DNA of 64,000 bases from Nitrospirota bacterium (GTDB lineage: Bacteria > Nitrospirota > Thermodesulfovibrionia > Thermodesulfovibrionales > UBA1546). Below the pieces are notes generated by a model. The model had not been told where the DNA came from. It saw nothing but the letters and a program-made list of their open reading frames with translations, and did not search any database. Made by a program: the position numbers and the translations under genes. Location of the stretch: assembly GCA_016208915.1 (NCBI GenBank), contig JACQXE010000037.1:4905-68904 (forward strand), in the 5' to 3' direction. Shown one piece after another: positions 25,285-36,807 of the stretch (positions are counted from its first letter, which is position 1; the number at the start of each line of letters is the position of its first letter).

Positions 25285-26856
25285 TTATTCCTCCTCTTTC
25301 AGGAGTTTATATTCAATGCTGTCAACCAGCGCCTGCCAAGATGCCTCGATAATATTCTCTGATACGCCGACAGTTCCCCATCTGTTTTCTTCATCTCCTG
25401 ATTCGACGAGAACCCTGACTTTGGCAGATGTGCCCTTTCCTGCTGTAAGCACTCTGACCTTATAGTCATGTAGTTTTACCTTCTCCAGCTCAGGATAGAA
25501 TTTATCGAGCGCTTTTCTGAGCGCATTGTCGAGCGCATTTATCGGACCGTTGCCTGTTGCGGCAGTATGCTCTAAATGTCCTCCGACCATCATCATTATT
25601 GTGGCCTCGGTGAGAGGGTCTTCTCCTTCTTTTCTTTTTTCAATTATTACCCTGAATCCTATCAGGTTAAAAAACTTTCTGTGAAGACCGAGCGCCTTTT
25701 TCAGCAGGAGTTCGAAGGATGCCTCTGCGCCTTCAAACTGGAATCCCTGATGTTCGAGGCCCTTTAATGAATTGAGTATATCCTGCACCTGAGGCGAATC
25801 AGGATCAATATGGATTTTAAATTCCTTTGCCTTTCTGAGTATGTTGCTCTTGCCTGCAAGGTCTGAGATAAGAATCCTATGGGAATTCCCAACAAGTTCA
25901 GGCTTTATGTGTTCATATGTCTCAGATTTTTTCATAACAGCGCTGACATGCATTCCAGCCTTATGGGCAAAGGCGCTGTCACCGACGAATGGCTGGCGCT
26001 TGAAATGTCTTAGGTTGGCAATCTCATTTATAAACCTCGACACATCCCTGAGTTTTCTTAACTGGGCGTCAGTGATGCATTTTTTCCCGAGCTTGACCTG
26101 AAGATTTGCGATTATAGAGCATAGATTGGCATTGCCGCATCTTTCTCCGAGGCCGTTTATTGTCCCCTGCACCTGAGATGCGCCGAGTTTAACCGCGATT
26201 AATGAATTTGCAACAGCACAATCAGAATCATTGTGCGCATGTATGCCGATTTGGGAATTTACCTTTGAAATGACGGCTTCTGTTATCTTTTTCATCTCAT
26301 CAGGAAGCGTGCCTCCATTGGTGTCGCAGAGCACAAGGCAGTCTGCGCCTGCATCCTCGGCTGCAATCAGGCACTTCAGTGCAAATTCAGGGTTAGTCTT
26401 ATATCCGTCAAAGAAATGTTCTGCGTCAAAAAAAACTTTGCCGGTGTGTTTTTTGAGATATGCGACTGAGTTATATATTATCTCAAGGTTCTCATTCAAA
26501 GGTATCTTAAGCGCTTCTTTTACGTGGAAGTCCCATGTCTTGCCGAATATGGTTATTGCAGGCGTTCCTGATTCGATCAGCGCCTTTATGCTGCTGTCGT
26601 TTTTTGGCTTGTGTTTTGGCCTGTGAGTGCTGCCGAACGCTACAAGCTCGGAATTCCTGAGTTTAAGTTTTTTTACCTTCCTGAAATATTCAGCGTCTTT
26701 TGGATTGGAGCCCGGATAGCCTCCCTCGATGAAGTGCACTCCAAGTTCATCGAGCTTTTCAGTGATCCTGAGTTTGTCCTCAACAGAAAAGGCAATGTCT
26801 TCTGCCTGAGAACCGTCTCTCAGGGTTGTGTCATAGATTTCAATTTTGCGAGCCAT
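25285..26856 (-). CDS. cimA: (R)-citramalate synthase
   Basis: 523 aa. [50 protein letters not shown], and a long CimA-type C-terminal regulatory domain. Confidence 0.85.
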   Translation of the reverse strand: MARKIEIYDTTLRDGSQAEDIAFSVEDKLRITEKLDELGVHFIEGGYPGSNPKDAEYFRKVKKLKLRNSELVAFGSTHRPKHKPKNDSSIKALIESGTPAITIFGKTWDFHVKEALKIPLNENLEIIYNSVAYLKKHTGKVFFDAEHFFDGYKTNPEFALKCLIAAEDAGADCLVLCDTNGGTLPDEMKKITEAVISKVNSQIGIHAHNDSDCAVANSLIAVKLGASQVQGTINGLGERCGNANLCSIIANLQVKLGKKCITDAQLRKLRDVSRFINEIANLRHFKRQPFVGDSAFAHKAGMHVSAVMKKSETYEHIKPELVGNSHRILISDLAGKSNILRKAKEFKIHIDPDSPQVQDILNSLKGLEHQGFQFEGAEASFELLLKKALGLHRKFFNLIGFRVIIEKRKEGEDPLTEATIMMMVGGHLEHTAATGNGPINALDNALRKALDKFYPELEKVKLHDYKVRVLTAGKGTSAKVRVLVESGDEENRWGTVGVSENIIEASWQALVDSIEYKLLKEEE

Positions 26857-26870
26857 AGCCCTTTAAAATA

Positions 26871-28130
<1,260 letters not shown>

Positions 28131-28166
28131 TTATCCTCCAATTGATAGTGTCAGTTATCAGTGTCT

Positions 28167-28207
28167 GTGTCAGTGATTATATTTTTACTGTCACTAAACA
28201 CTGACAC
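28167..28207. other. intercistronic hairpin between metK and ahcY
   Basis: GTGTCAGTG (28167-28175) and CACTGACAC (28199-28207) form a perfect 9-bp inverted repeat. Further partial copies of GTGTCAGT lie at 28148-28165. Confidence 0.6.
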
Positions 28208-28217
28208 TCTTCACTTC

Positions 28218-29369
28218 CTACAGTCCTGCCTCTTTCTTCAGTTTTTCTGCTTTATCTGTTTTTTCCCATGTGAAATCAGAATCGGTTCTTCCAAAATGGC
28301 CGTATGCAGCGGTCTTTTTGAAAATAGGCCTTCTCAGGTTAAGGGTTTCGATCATGCCTTTGGGGGTCAGATTGAAATTGTTCCTGATAACTTTGACAAT
28401 TTTGTCATTTTCGACCTTTCCACTGCCAAAGGTGTCAACAAGTATTGAGACAGGCTCTGGAACGCCTATGGCATAAGCTATCTGAACCTCTACTTTGTCT
28501 GCTATGCCTGCAGCCACAATATTTTTGGCAATATATCTTGACATATATGCGCCTGAACGGTCTACCTTCGTAGGATCTTTGCCTGAGAAGCAACCTCCGC
28601 CGTGGCTACCGACGCCGCCATAGCTGTCAACTATTATCTTTCTCCCTGTAAGACCTGTGTCTCCCATGGGACCGCCTACTACAAATCTTCCTGTAGGGTT
28701 TATGTAATATTTTACATTCTCTTCGTCAATTAGTTCCGGCGGCACAACAGGTTTGATGACCTTCTCTATAATGTCCTCTTTCAGCTCTTTGAGCGTTATA
28801 TCAGGGCTGTGCTGGGAAGATATCACAATAGTATCAACCCTGTGAGGTATCCCGTTTTTATATTCTATCGTAACCTGTGTCTTGCCGTCAGGCCGCAGAT
28901 AGCCGAGGATATCTTTTTTACGCACCTCGGACAACCGCATTGCCAGCTTATGCGCCAGCATTATCGGCATTGGCATAAGTTCAGGCGTTTCATTGCATCC
29001 AAAACCGAACATAAGTCCCTGATCTGCTGCACCTCCCGGATCTACACCCATGGCAATATCAGATGACTGCTCATGGATGGAGGTTATCACGGCGCAGGTC
29101 TCATAGTCAAAACCGTATTTTGCCCTTGTATAGCCTATCTCTTTAATAGTCTCTCTGACGATTGATGGTATCTCGACATAACAGTTTGTTGTTATCTCGC
29201 CGGCCACGAATGCAAGACCGGTTGTCACTAGGGTCTCACAGGCAACCCTCGCCGAAGAATCCTTTCCTATTATAGAATCAAGAATGGCATCTGATATCTG
29301 GTCGGCTATCTTGTCAGGATGCCCCTCTGTCACAGACTCTGACGTAAAAAAATAGTTTCCTCTTGACAT
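28218..29369 (-). CDS. metK: S-adenosylmethionine synthase
   Basis: [24 protein letters not shown]...[17 protein letters not shown]. Confidence 0.95.
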   Translation of the reverse strand: MSRGNYFFTSESVTEGHPDKIADQISDAILDSIIGKDSSARVACETLVTTGLAFVAGEITTNCYVEIPSIVRETIKEIGYTRAKYGFDYETCAVITSIHEQSSDIAMGVDPGGAADQGLMFGFGCNETPELMPMPIMLAHKLAMRLSEVRKKDILGYLRPDGKTQVTIEYKNGIPHRVDTIVISSQHSPDITLKELKEDIIEKVIKPVVPPELIDEENVKYYINPTGRFVVGGPMGDTGLTGRKIIVDSYGGVGSHGGGCFSGKDPTKVDRSGAYMSRYIAKNIVAAGIADKVEVQIAYAIGVPEPVSILVDTFGSGKVENDKIVKVIRNNFNLTPKGMIETLNLRRPIFKKTAAYGHFGRTDSDFTWEKTDKAEKLKKEAGL

Positions 29370-29493
29370 GTTTAAACCTCCAAATGATTTTGAGATTTAA
29401 ATTATATAACAATTTGGCAGAAAAATAGAAGTGGATTATTCGAATCTATTGGAGATGCTATTTTATGTTTCTGCAAAAAATCGTTTTTTTGTC

Positions 29494-31587
29494 TTAAGTG
29501 TTAATAGTTGTGGACTCCAGCCGTGAGAACTCTGCGATTAATGATGCGACAGCCCAGACCTCTTTAAGAAGATAAAGCCTGTTTAATCTGACCTCTTCTT
29601 GTTTGTCCATAACGAGCACATTGTCAAAGAAATTGTTTATCGGATCAGTCAGGGAAGAGAGTTCCATGAGCGCATCATGATATCTGCATTCTTTCAGCAG
29701 GGCTTTGATGCCTTTTTCTGCTGAAGCAAGTTTTTCATGGAGTCTTTTCTCAGGTTCAGTTGTAAGAAAGCTGACTTTAAGGGCAGGAAGCGCGGTTTCA
29801 GGGAGAATATTTTTCACCCTTTTGATAGCAGTAAGGAAAGAATTATAATTTTCGAGGTTTTTAAATTCTTTGATGGCGTCGAACCTTTGTCTAATCTCTT
29901 TTAATGGTATTTGCGCTGAGAGCGGCAGCAGCGACTGGATTACGTCAAGGCTGTATCCCTGCGATAAGAACATAGGCTCAAGCCTTTGCTCAAAGAACCT
30001 GAGAACTGACGTCTTCAGAGTATCAGGCATCTTTACAGTCTTGAGGCTTAGAGCGTTGTTTATGAGCTCGTTCAATGATATTTCATAGCCTTTCTGCATG
30101 AGCATGGATATAACTGCGAGTGTCTGCCTCCTTAATGCAAAAGGGTCTTCTGAACCTGTTGGAATGAGTCCTATAGAAAAGAATGAAACAATGTTGTCTA
30201 TCTTATCAGCAATGCTCAGAATCATCCCGGCCTCTGTTTGAGGGAGCCTGTCACCCTGATGAGCAGGAAGGTACTGCTCAAGAAGGGCATCTGATACCTC
30301 TCTGTCTTCTGAATCGTTTATTGCATAATATTTGGCCATGATTCCCTGCAGCTCAGGGAATTCCCTTACCACGCCTGTGATAAGATCTGTCTTCAAAAGC
30401 ATTGCCGCACGTTCGACCTTTTCTCTCACAGATGGATTCAGCTCTGAAGCAAGATATCCTGCAAGGCTTTTAACCCTCAGGCTTTTGTCATAAAGATTGC
30501 CGAGTTTTTCCTGATAGATTACATTTTTAAGTGCGCTGATTCTGTTTTCGAGCCTGATTTTTGTATCCTCTTCAAAATAGAATCTTGCATCCTCAAATCT
30601 GGCTTTAATAACGCGTTCTGCTCCAATTTTTATGGTTTCTGCATTCTTTTCATTTGTATTGCTTATTACAATGAAATAGTTCATAAGCCTGCGATCCTGA
30701 TCTTCAACAGCAAAATATTTCTGATGCTCCCGCATGACAGTTATAAGTAGTTCTTTGGGCAGCTTGAGATATTCAGCGGGAAAACTCCCGAGCACAGGAG
30801 CAGGATACTCGACAAGGTTCGATACGGTTTCAAGCAGTTTTTCGTCCTCCACAGGCCGGCCTCCTAAGGATTCGGAAAGTTTTCTCGTCTCCTCGGATAT
30901 GATTTTTTTTCTTTCTTCAGGATCAACTATTACATTGTTGTTTGAAAGCAAGCGCGCATAGCTTGAGACCTCTTTTATCTGAAAAGAGGCTGGAGACAAG
31001 AACCTGTGTCCTCTTGTAGTATTGCTGCTTTTGATGCCATCAATCTCAAAGCTTATTACCTTATTGTCGAATAAGGCAAACAACCAGCGGATCGGTCGTA
31101 TGAATTTTATATTACTGGCGCCCCATCTCATTGATTTTGGAAGATGGATAGAGGAGATGATTTTTTTGAATATCTCGGGAAGAAGTTCGATTACATGCAT
31201 CCCTTTTTCTTCTATTACTGCAACGACATATTCCCCTTTGTCCTTATTTTTTACAATAAGACTCTCTGCCTTTACTCCCTGTGAATTGGCAAATCCGATG
31301 GCTGCCTTTGTGTGTCTGCCGTTTTCATCAAATGCTATCTTTTTAGATGGACCAAATACCTCTCTTATTCTGTCCTCCTGCATTAAGGGTATACCCTCTG
31401 CAATCAGTGCAAGCCTGCGCGGAGTGCCGTATGTTTTTACATTAGAAAATTTTATGTAGGTCTCATTAAAAATAGCTTTGCTGTTTTCCTTTAGTTGATT
31501 GAGAGCAGATGGCAAGAATCTCGCAGGGATATCCTCTGTTCCTATCTCTAACAGCATTGCAACAGGCGCTGCGTTATCGTTTGACAT
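29494..31587 (-). CDS. glyS: glycine--tRNA ligase beta subunit
   Basis: 697 aa. LLEIGTEDIPARF...YGTPRRLA is the canonical GlyS N-terminus. Confidence 0.92.
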   Translation of the reverse strand: MSNDNAAPVAMLLEIGTEDIPARFLPSALNQLKENSKAIFNETYIKFSNVKTYGTPRRLALIAEGIPLMQEDRIREVFGPSKKIAFDENGRHTKAAIGFANSQGVKAESLIVKNKDKGEYVVAVIEEKGMHVIELLPEIFKKIISSIHLPKSMRWGASNIKFIRPIRWLFALFDNKVISFEIDGIKSSNTTRGHRFLSPASFQIKEVSSYARLLSNNNVIVDPEERKKIISEETRKLSESLGGRPVEDEKLLETVSNLVEYPAPVLGSFPAEYLKLPKELLITVMREHQKYFAVEDQDRRLMNYFIVISNTNEKNAETIKIGAERVIKARFEDARFYFEEDTKIRLENRISALKNVIYQEKLGNLYDKSLRVKSLAGYLASELNPSVREKVERAAMLLKTDLITGVVREFPELQGIMAKYYAINDSEDREVSDALLEQYLPAHQGDRLPQTEAGMILSIADKIDNIVSFFSIGLIPTGSEDPFALRRQTLAVISMLMQKGYEISLNELINNALSLKTVKMPDTLKTSVLRFFEQRLEPMFLSQGYSLDVIQSLLPLSAQIPLKEIRQRFDAIKEFKNLENYNSFLTAIKRVKNILPETALPALKVSFLTTEPEKRLHEKLASAEKGIKALLKECRYHDALMELSSLTDPINNFFDNVLVMDKQEEVRLNRLYLLKEVWAVASLIAEFSRLESTTINT

Positions 31588-31697
31588 TCGTATTACCTCT
31601 CAGAAATCGAATAAATCTTCATATGCATTATAACTTTATGCAGCTTTGATTGACAAGAGAATAGCGGTTTGTTAGCATTTTTACTGGAGGAAAGGCA

Positions 31698-32132
31698 ATG
31701 AAGAATATCTTTAGCTGGCAGGTTTTATTAGGGTTATTGCTGATTGCGCTCTCTTCAATATTATATCTGATACATTATGCGCTCTTCAGAGATGCGCACC
31801 ACATATTTCTTTATCTGGTAGGGGATATAGCCTTTATTCCTATTGAGGTGCTGCTGGTTACACTGGTTATCCACAGGCTCTTAAATGAGAGAGAAAAGCA
31901 GGCTATGCTTAAGAAGATGAATATGGTTATAGGCGCCTTTTTCAGTGAGATCGGCAACACTCTCCTTAAATCCCTTTCTGTCTTTGATACACAGCCTGAC
32001 AATATCAGGAAAGAACTGATTTTAAGCAATCAATGGACTGACAAGGACTTCATGAATATCAGCAGGCGTATTAAGGGTTACAACTGCAGTCTTGACAGCA
32101 GGAGAGGCGCTCTCGAAGACTTAGGGATTTAA
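31698..32132 (+). CDS. membrane protein fragment (its stop codon is supplied by the RAYT-element inverted repeat; probably truncated)
   Basis: 144 aa with two N-terminal TM helices. The TAA at 32130-32132 lies inside the left 21-bp inverted repeat. Confidence 0.4.
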   Translation: MKNIFSWQVLLGLLLIALSSILYLIHYALFRDAHHIFLYLVGDIAFIPIEVLLVTLVIHRLLNEREKQAMLKKMNMVIGAFFSEIGNTLLKSLSVFDTQPDNIRKELILSNQWTDKDFMNISRRIKGYNCSLDSRRGALEDLGI

Positions 32133-32883
32133 ATAGGGACACATCCCATTATTACCCTGCTTTCTTCCTGGGTCTGCCCCGTGGTCTCAGCGCTAAGTCC
32201 CTTCCGGTTTTTCTTTCCATCCTTTTCATGAACGCTTCATCTCCAAGCGGTTTGCCTGTCCTCGTATGATAGCGTATCAAGTCCCTGTCTTTCTCTGCGC
32301 TCGTTTCTCTGATAAACTCCCTGTAATCCTTTCTCTGTGTTTCTGCAATAAGCTCCTCGTTTAAAAGGTCGTCTGGTTTCCCCATTATATGAGCCCGCGC
32401 ACTTGAGTATGCGTAGTCTTCTGCTTTTTTCACCATCCGGGCACGTACAGGGTTCGTCTCTATGTATCTTGCAACTGCCCAGAGATAGGAATCCTTATCC
32501 ACAATGCAGGAATGGTACCTGCTCTCCCATAATCTTCCTGTGCGGCTATATTTTCTGTTTGTAAATTGTGTGTAGCAAAGCGTAACTCCCTGCATCATTT
32601 TGTACAGGGAATCGTTTTCTTTGGGCTTAATCAGCAGATGCACATGGTTTGACATCAGACAATAGGCCAGTATCCGGGCATCTCTTTCCATGGAATATTT
32701 TTTCTTATGTTTAATATATTTTTCCCGGTCTTCATCGTCACTGAATACCTTTTCTCTGTTGTTTCCCCTCTGCACTACATGATGTGGAAAACCGGCTGCA
32801 ACGGCCCGTGCGATTCTTGCCATGTCGAAATTCTACCGGAGAGAGGCGGGCTTGTCAAGTAAAATAGGATGTGTCCCTATTTA
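32130..32883. mobile_element. RAYT-type transposase unit bounded by 21-bp inverted repeats
   Basis: taaatagggacacatcccatt (32130-32150) is the reverse complement of aataggatgtgtccctattta (32863-32883) at 20 of 21 positions. The repeats flank ORF 32152..32823. Confidence 0.8.
32152..32823 (-). CDS. REP-associated tyrosine transposase (RAYT) / IS200-like Y1 HUH transposase family
   Basis: PHHVVQRGNNRE..., HUH motif LMSNHVHLLIKP, and ARYIETNPVRARMV (catalytic Tyr region). Confidence 0.85.
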   Translation of the reverse strand: MARIARAVAAGFPHHVVQRGNNREKVFSDDEDREKYIKHKKKYSMERDARILAYCLMSNHVHLLIKPKENDSLYKMMQGVTLCYTQFTNRKYSRTGRLWESRYHSCIVDKDSYLWAVARYIETNPVRARMVKKAEDYAYSSARAHIMGKPDDLLNEELIAETQRKDYREFIRETSAEKDRDLIRYHTRTGKPLGDEAFMKRMERKTGRDLALRPRGRPRKKAG

Positions 32884-32908
32884 TTTATTCATTTATTTAT
32901 TTATTTAT

Positions 32909-33553
32909 CTGTCGCGTGAGGAGGTCAACGCTGTTATTCAGAACCTCTATCCGCCCTATGACCTGTTCGTGAAGACGCTCTACGGCTGCAGGCTGCGGTT
33001 GTTCGAGTGCTTGAAATTGCGGGTCCATAATTTCAACTTCGATGCCGGCGTGCTGACCATTCACGACGGTAAGGGGAAGAAAGATCGGACCGTCCCTCTG
33101 CCGAAGGTCATCATTCCGGAACTCCTTGCTCAGCTTGAGCGGGTGAAGACGCTGCATGAGAAGGACCTGTCCGTAGGATTTTCAGGCGTCTTTCTGTACC
33201 ATCTGCTCGAAAAGAAGTACAAGAACGCTGCAAAGGATCTAGTGTGGCAGTGGTTCTTCGCGCAAAAGTCGTTGACTATCGTGGAAGATACGAAGGAGCG
33301 ACGGCGTTATCATCTCAACGAGCGTGATGTCCAGAGGGCCATACGGGCAGCAGTGGGAAGGGCAAAGCTCACGAAGCGCGTCTCGTCCCACACCTTCCGC
33401 CACAGCTTTGCTACGCACCTGCTTCAGGCAAATTACGACATCCGCACGATTCAGGAACTGCTCGGGCATTCGGACGTGAGGACGATCATGATATACACTC
33501 ACTGTGTGCCGAGCAGAACTCTCAAAGAGATGAAGAGCCCGCTGGATTTTTGA
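32909..33553 (+). pseudogene. intI: integron integrase (IntI) lacking roughly its N-terminal 100 residues
   Basis: LSREEVNAVI...LYGCRLRLFECLKLRV...DGKGKKDRTVPLP...LLEKKYKNAAKDLVWQWFFAQKSL...RRRYHLNERDVQRAIRAAV...HTFRHSFATHLL...LGHSDVRTIMIYTH. It has the IntI-specific insertion and the R-K-HxxR-H-Y catalytic residues. The N-terminal domain is replaced by RAYT IR/(TTTA)n sequence. Confidence 0.8.
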
Positions 33554-33613
33554 AACTGCGAGATTGCTTCGCTTCGCTCTCAATGACACCCCAAAAAGAC
33601 TTTTTCAGGGGTC

Positions 33614-34489
33614 TCAATTTGAAGTCTTCAATAGCGGGAACTCCATTTCTTTTCTCTGTCTGTAATACGCCTCTGCGCAGAGCCGTGCAAGGTTTCTTAC
33701 CCTTCCGATATAGCCTGTTCTCTCTGTTGCTGAAATAGCGCCTCTCGCGTCAAGAAGGTTGAATGTGTGAGAGCACTTGAGACAGAATTCATACGATGGC
33801 AGTACAAGCCCAAGCTCATTCAGTCTTTTGGATTCTTTTTCGTAAGACTCAAACTGTGTTACAAGAAGGGCTGTGTCTGCATGATCAAAATTATATTTGG
33901 AAAATTCCACTTCATCCATGTGGTGGATGTCGCCATATTTGATCCCCTTGCACCACTCAAGCTGAAATACATTGTCCACATCCTGAATATACATGGCTAT
34001 CCTTTCAAGTCCGTATGTTATCTCAAGAGAAACAGGCTTGAGGTCAATACCTCCGACCTGCTGGAAATATGTGAACTGTGTTATCTCCATGCCGTCAAGC
34101 CATATCTCCCATCCAAGCCCCCACGCTCCGAGCGTTGGTGATTCCCAATCATCCTCAACAAAACGTATATCATGCTTTAAGGGGTCTATACCGAGATATA
34201 TAAGGCTTTCAAGGTATATCTCCTGAGTTTCAGCAGGGGAGGGTTTTAAGATTACCTGGTACTGATAGTAGTGCTGAAGTCTGTTAGGATTCTCGCCATA
34301 TCTTCCGTCTGTGGGCCTTCTCGAAGGTTCTACATATGCGGTTTTCCACGGCTCCGGGCCAAGCACTTTGAAAAAAGTAGCAGGATGAAATGTGCCTGCG
34401 CCAACTTCAATGTCATAAGGCTGAAGCAGAATACATCCCTGTTTTGCCCAGAATTCATGAAGCTTTAATATAAGATCCTGAAAGTACAT
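33614..34489 (-). CDS. glyQ: glycine--tRNA ligase alpha subunit
   Basis: [39 protein letters not shown] is the canonical GlyQ sequence. Confidence 0.95.
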   Translation of the reverse strand: MYFQDLILKLHEFWAKQGCILLQPYDIEVGAGTFHPATFFKVLGPEPWKTAYVEPSRRPTDGRYGENPNRLQHYYQYQVILKPSPAETQEIYLESLIYLGIDPLKHDIRFVEDDWESPTLGAWGLGWEIWLDGMEITQFTYFQQVGGIDLKPVSLEITYGLERIAMYIQDVDNVFQLEWCKGIKYGDIHHMDEVEFSKYNFDHADTALLVTQFESYEKESKRLNELGLVLPSYEFCLKCSHTFNLLDARGAISATERTGYIGRVRNLARLCAEAYYRQRKEMEFPLLKTSN

Positions 34490-34585
34490 ATAGGTGGTTG
34501 ATTATACCAGACGATAAAACAAATCGTCAAAAAGTTGTAATGAATCTCGCTGCTCCTATTCCCATTGGATTTTAAGCCTAAAAAA

Positions 34586-36712
34586 TCACTTAGGGATACG
34601 GTTAAATAACTGCTGTGCCTGGATATAGTCGGGTTTTATCAGTAATGCCCTCTGTATCTCCTTGCGCGCGTTATCAAAATCACTTTTCACAAAATAAATG
34701 CACCCAATATTATAATGCGCATCTGCATAATCAGGTTTTAGCCTAAGCGCGGTCTGATATTGTTCCATGGCTTTATCAAATAAACCCTTATTGTAATAAG
34801 CAACTCCTAAGTTATTATATGCCGCTGCAAAATCATGATTGAATTTTATGGCAGCCTGATAATGCTCTACTGCCTTATCGGTTAACCCCATAGAATCATA
34901 AACATCGCCGAGATTATAATGCGCATCTGCATAATCAGGTTTTAGCCTAAGCGCGGTCTGATATTGTTCCATGGCTTTGTCAAATAAACCCTTATTGTAA
35001 TAAGCAACTCCTAAGTTATTATATGCCGCTGTAAAATCCGGTTTTAGTCTGAGAACAGTCAGGTATTGTTCTATGGCTTTATTAAACAAACCCCTCTTGT
35101 TGTATGCAATTCCTATGTTATAATGTGCATCCGCATAATTTGGGTTTAGTTGTATGGCAATATTATAATGTTCTATGGCTTCTTCAGTTAATTCCTTATC
35201 ATCATAGAGATAGGCAAGATTGTTGTGTGCCCTTGCCTTATTCGGACTTTTTATTATCACATCCTCCCATAAGGTCATCTCGTCTCTCCATAAATTATTT
35301 CTTCTATAAGTAGCAGATGAGAGCACAATGAATAAGAAGACAAGCAATGAAATGGCTATCCTTATGGACCAGCTATTCCTGAATTTGTTTGAGAGCATAA
35401 ACATAGAAGCTGTTACGGTAATAAACGCTCCTACCGAAGGAAGGTAGACCCTATGCTCAAATATCACATCCCTTATGGGGATTATACTTGATTCAACAGA
35501 CAATGTTATAAAGAACCATAGAATGCCAAAGGCAATGAGACGATAATAGGCATAAGAAGGCTTAATGCCCATGGCAGAAGACTCTGAAACGTCAACTCTG
35601 AACCGTGAGCTGTACAAAAGATATAGACCTAAAGCAAATATTGATAACAAAAACAAAAAGGAAGATAGCACTAACGGTGTAAATAGTGAATGATATATCG
35701 GATAGGCATAATCAAGGTTCTGATTCACTGGCAGGAATATAAGTCTTATGTATGTTGCTATTACCCTCATCTGGGTTATCAGATAATCCCATCGTGAGAT
35801 ACTTGTGGTCTCCCTTGCCTGCTCGCTTAGATCAGAGATTATCTCCCCTAATGGTTTGTCTGTGCCCATAATGCTTAGTGGAATGATTGCTATAGTCAGG
35901 AGAACGGGTATGAGAAAAAGGAGTTTTTTCGTAAGTGTGGATTTAAAGAATACAAACTCATAAAGAACTATAACTATTGGCAGTGTGAAGGATATCTCCT
36001 TTGTCATCATGGCAAGAATGGCGGAGACAAGCGAGAGAGCATAGCCTGCAAGCTTGCCTGCTTGCGAGCTTGAAAGTCTTCCCTTTATATACAGAACGAC
36101 TGAAAGTAGGTAAAACATCGTCGTAAGGGAGGTGAACCTCTGGACAATATATGTCACTGCCTGTGTCTGTATGGGATGGGCAACAAAAAAGAGTGCAGAG
36201 AACAGGGCGATGAGAGGGCTTAAGGTATAAGGTGTGAGGCGCAAGACCTCTGAATCCTGTATTCTGTATTCTAACTTCTGTCTTCTGAAATACGGCGTCC
36301 AGAATGTAAAGATAACAAGAAAATAGACCAGTATTGCATTGGTTATATGAATAACAAGGTTCACTATGTGATAGCCTGTTACATCAAGCCCTCCAATATG
36401 ATAGTTTAAAGCAAAGGTGAGGTAACCAATAAAACGGCGTGGATTGTATCCATAGCCCTTAGAGGCTGAAATGAAGTTGTCAAGATTTTTTATTATGGAA
36501 TTGTCCTTTATGTTGTTTAAGTCATCAAATATAAATGGCACTTTGAATGTGTTGGAATAGGCAGCAATCCCAATGAGTACTATAAAAATAATATGAAGAA
36601 TCAGCTTTGTAATAGGCTGTGGGATGGCAGACTCGGTTTGCAATAAGCCACCTTCAGAGGCTACGCTAACATCATCATCTTTTTGTTTCTTTTTTCTTGA
36701 AGCCTTTCCCAT
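34586..36712 (-). CDS. polytopic membrane protein with C-terminal TPR repeats (PMT/ArnT-like glycosyltransferase architecture)
   Basis: 708 aa. About 10 TM segments are followed by repeated TPR units (AHYNLG.., AAYNNLGVAYYNKGLFDKAMEQY..). Confidence 0.7.
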   Translation of the reverse strand: MGKASRKKKQKDDDVSVASEGGLLQTESAIPQPITKLILHIIFIVLIGIAAYSNTFKVPFIFDDLNNIKDNSIIKNLDNFISASKGYGYNPRRFIGYLTFALNYHIGGLDVTGYHIVNLVIHITNAILVYFLVIFTFWTPYFRRQKLEYRIQDSEVLRLTPYTLSPLIALFSALFFVAHPIQTQAVTYIVQRFTSLTTMFYLLSVVLYIKGRLSSSQAGKLAGYALSLVSAILAMMTKEISFTLPIVIVLYEFVFFKSTLTKKLLFLIPVLLTIAIIPLSIMGTDKPLGEIISDLSEQARETTSISRWDYLITQMRVIATYIRLIFLPVNQNLDYAYPIYHSLFTPLVLSSFLFLLSIFALGLYLLYSSRFRVDVSESSAMGIKPSYAYYRLIAFGILWFFITLSVESSIIPIRDVIFEHRVYLPSVGAFITVTASMFMLSNKFRNSWSIRIAISLLVFLFIVLSSATYRRNNLWRDEMTLWEDVIIKSPNKARAHNNLAYLYDDKELTEEAIEHYNIAIQLNPNYADAHYNIGIAYNKRGLFNKAIEQYLTVLRLKPDFTAAYNNLGVAYYNKGLFDKAMEQYQTALRLKPDYADAHYNLGDVYDSMGLTDKAVEHYQAAIKFNHDFAAAYNNLGVAYYNKGLFDKAMEQYQTALRLKPDYADAHYNIGCIYFVKSDFDNARKEIQRALLIKPDYIQAQQLFNRIPK

Positions 36713-36807
36713 AGTGAAAAAATATTACTACTACCGAATGAAATATGTCAATTATATAAAATCCATGTTTCATGGTATATTATTGCAGTTTATGTAGAGG
36801 AGATCTT

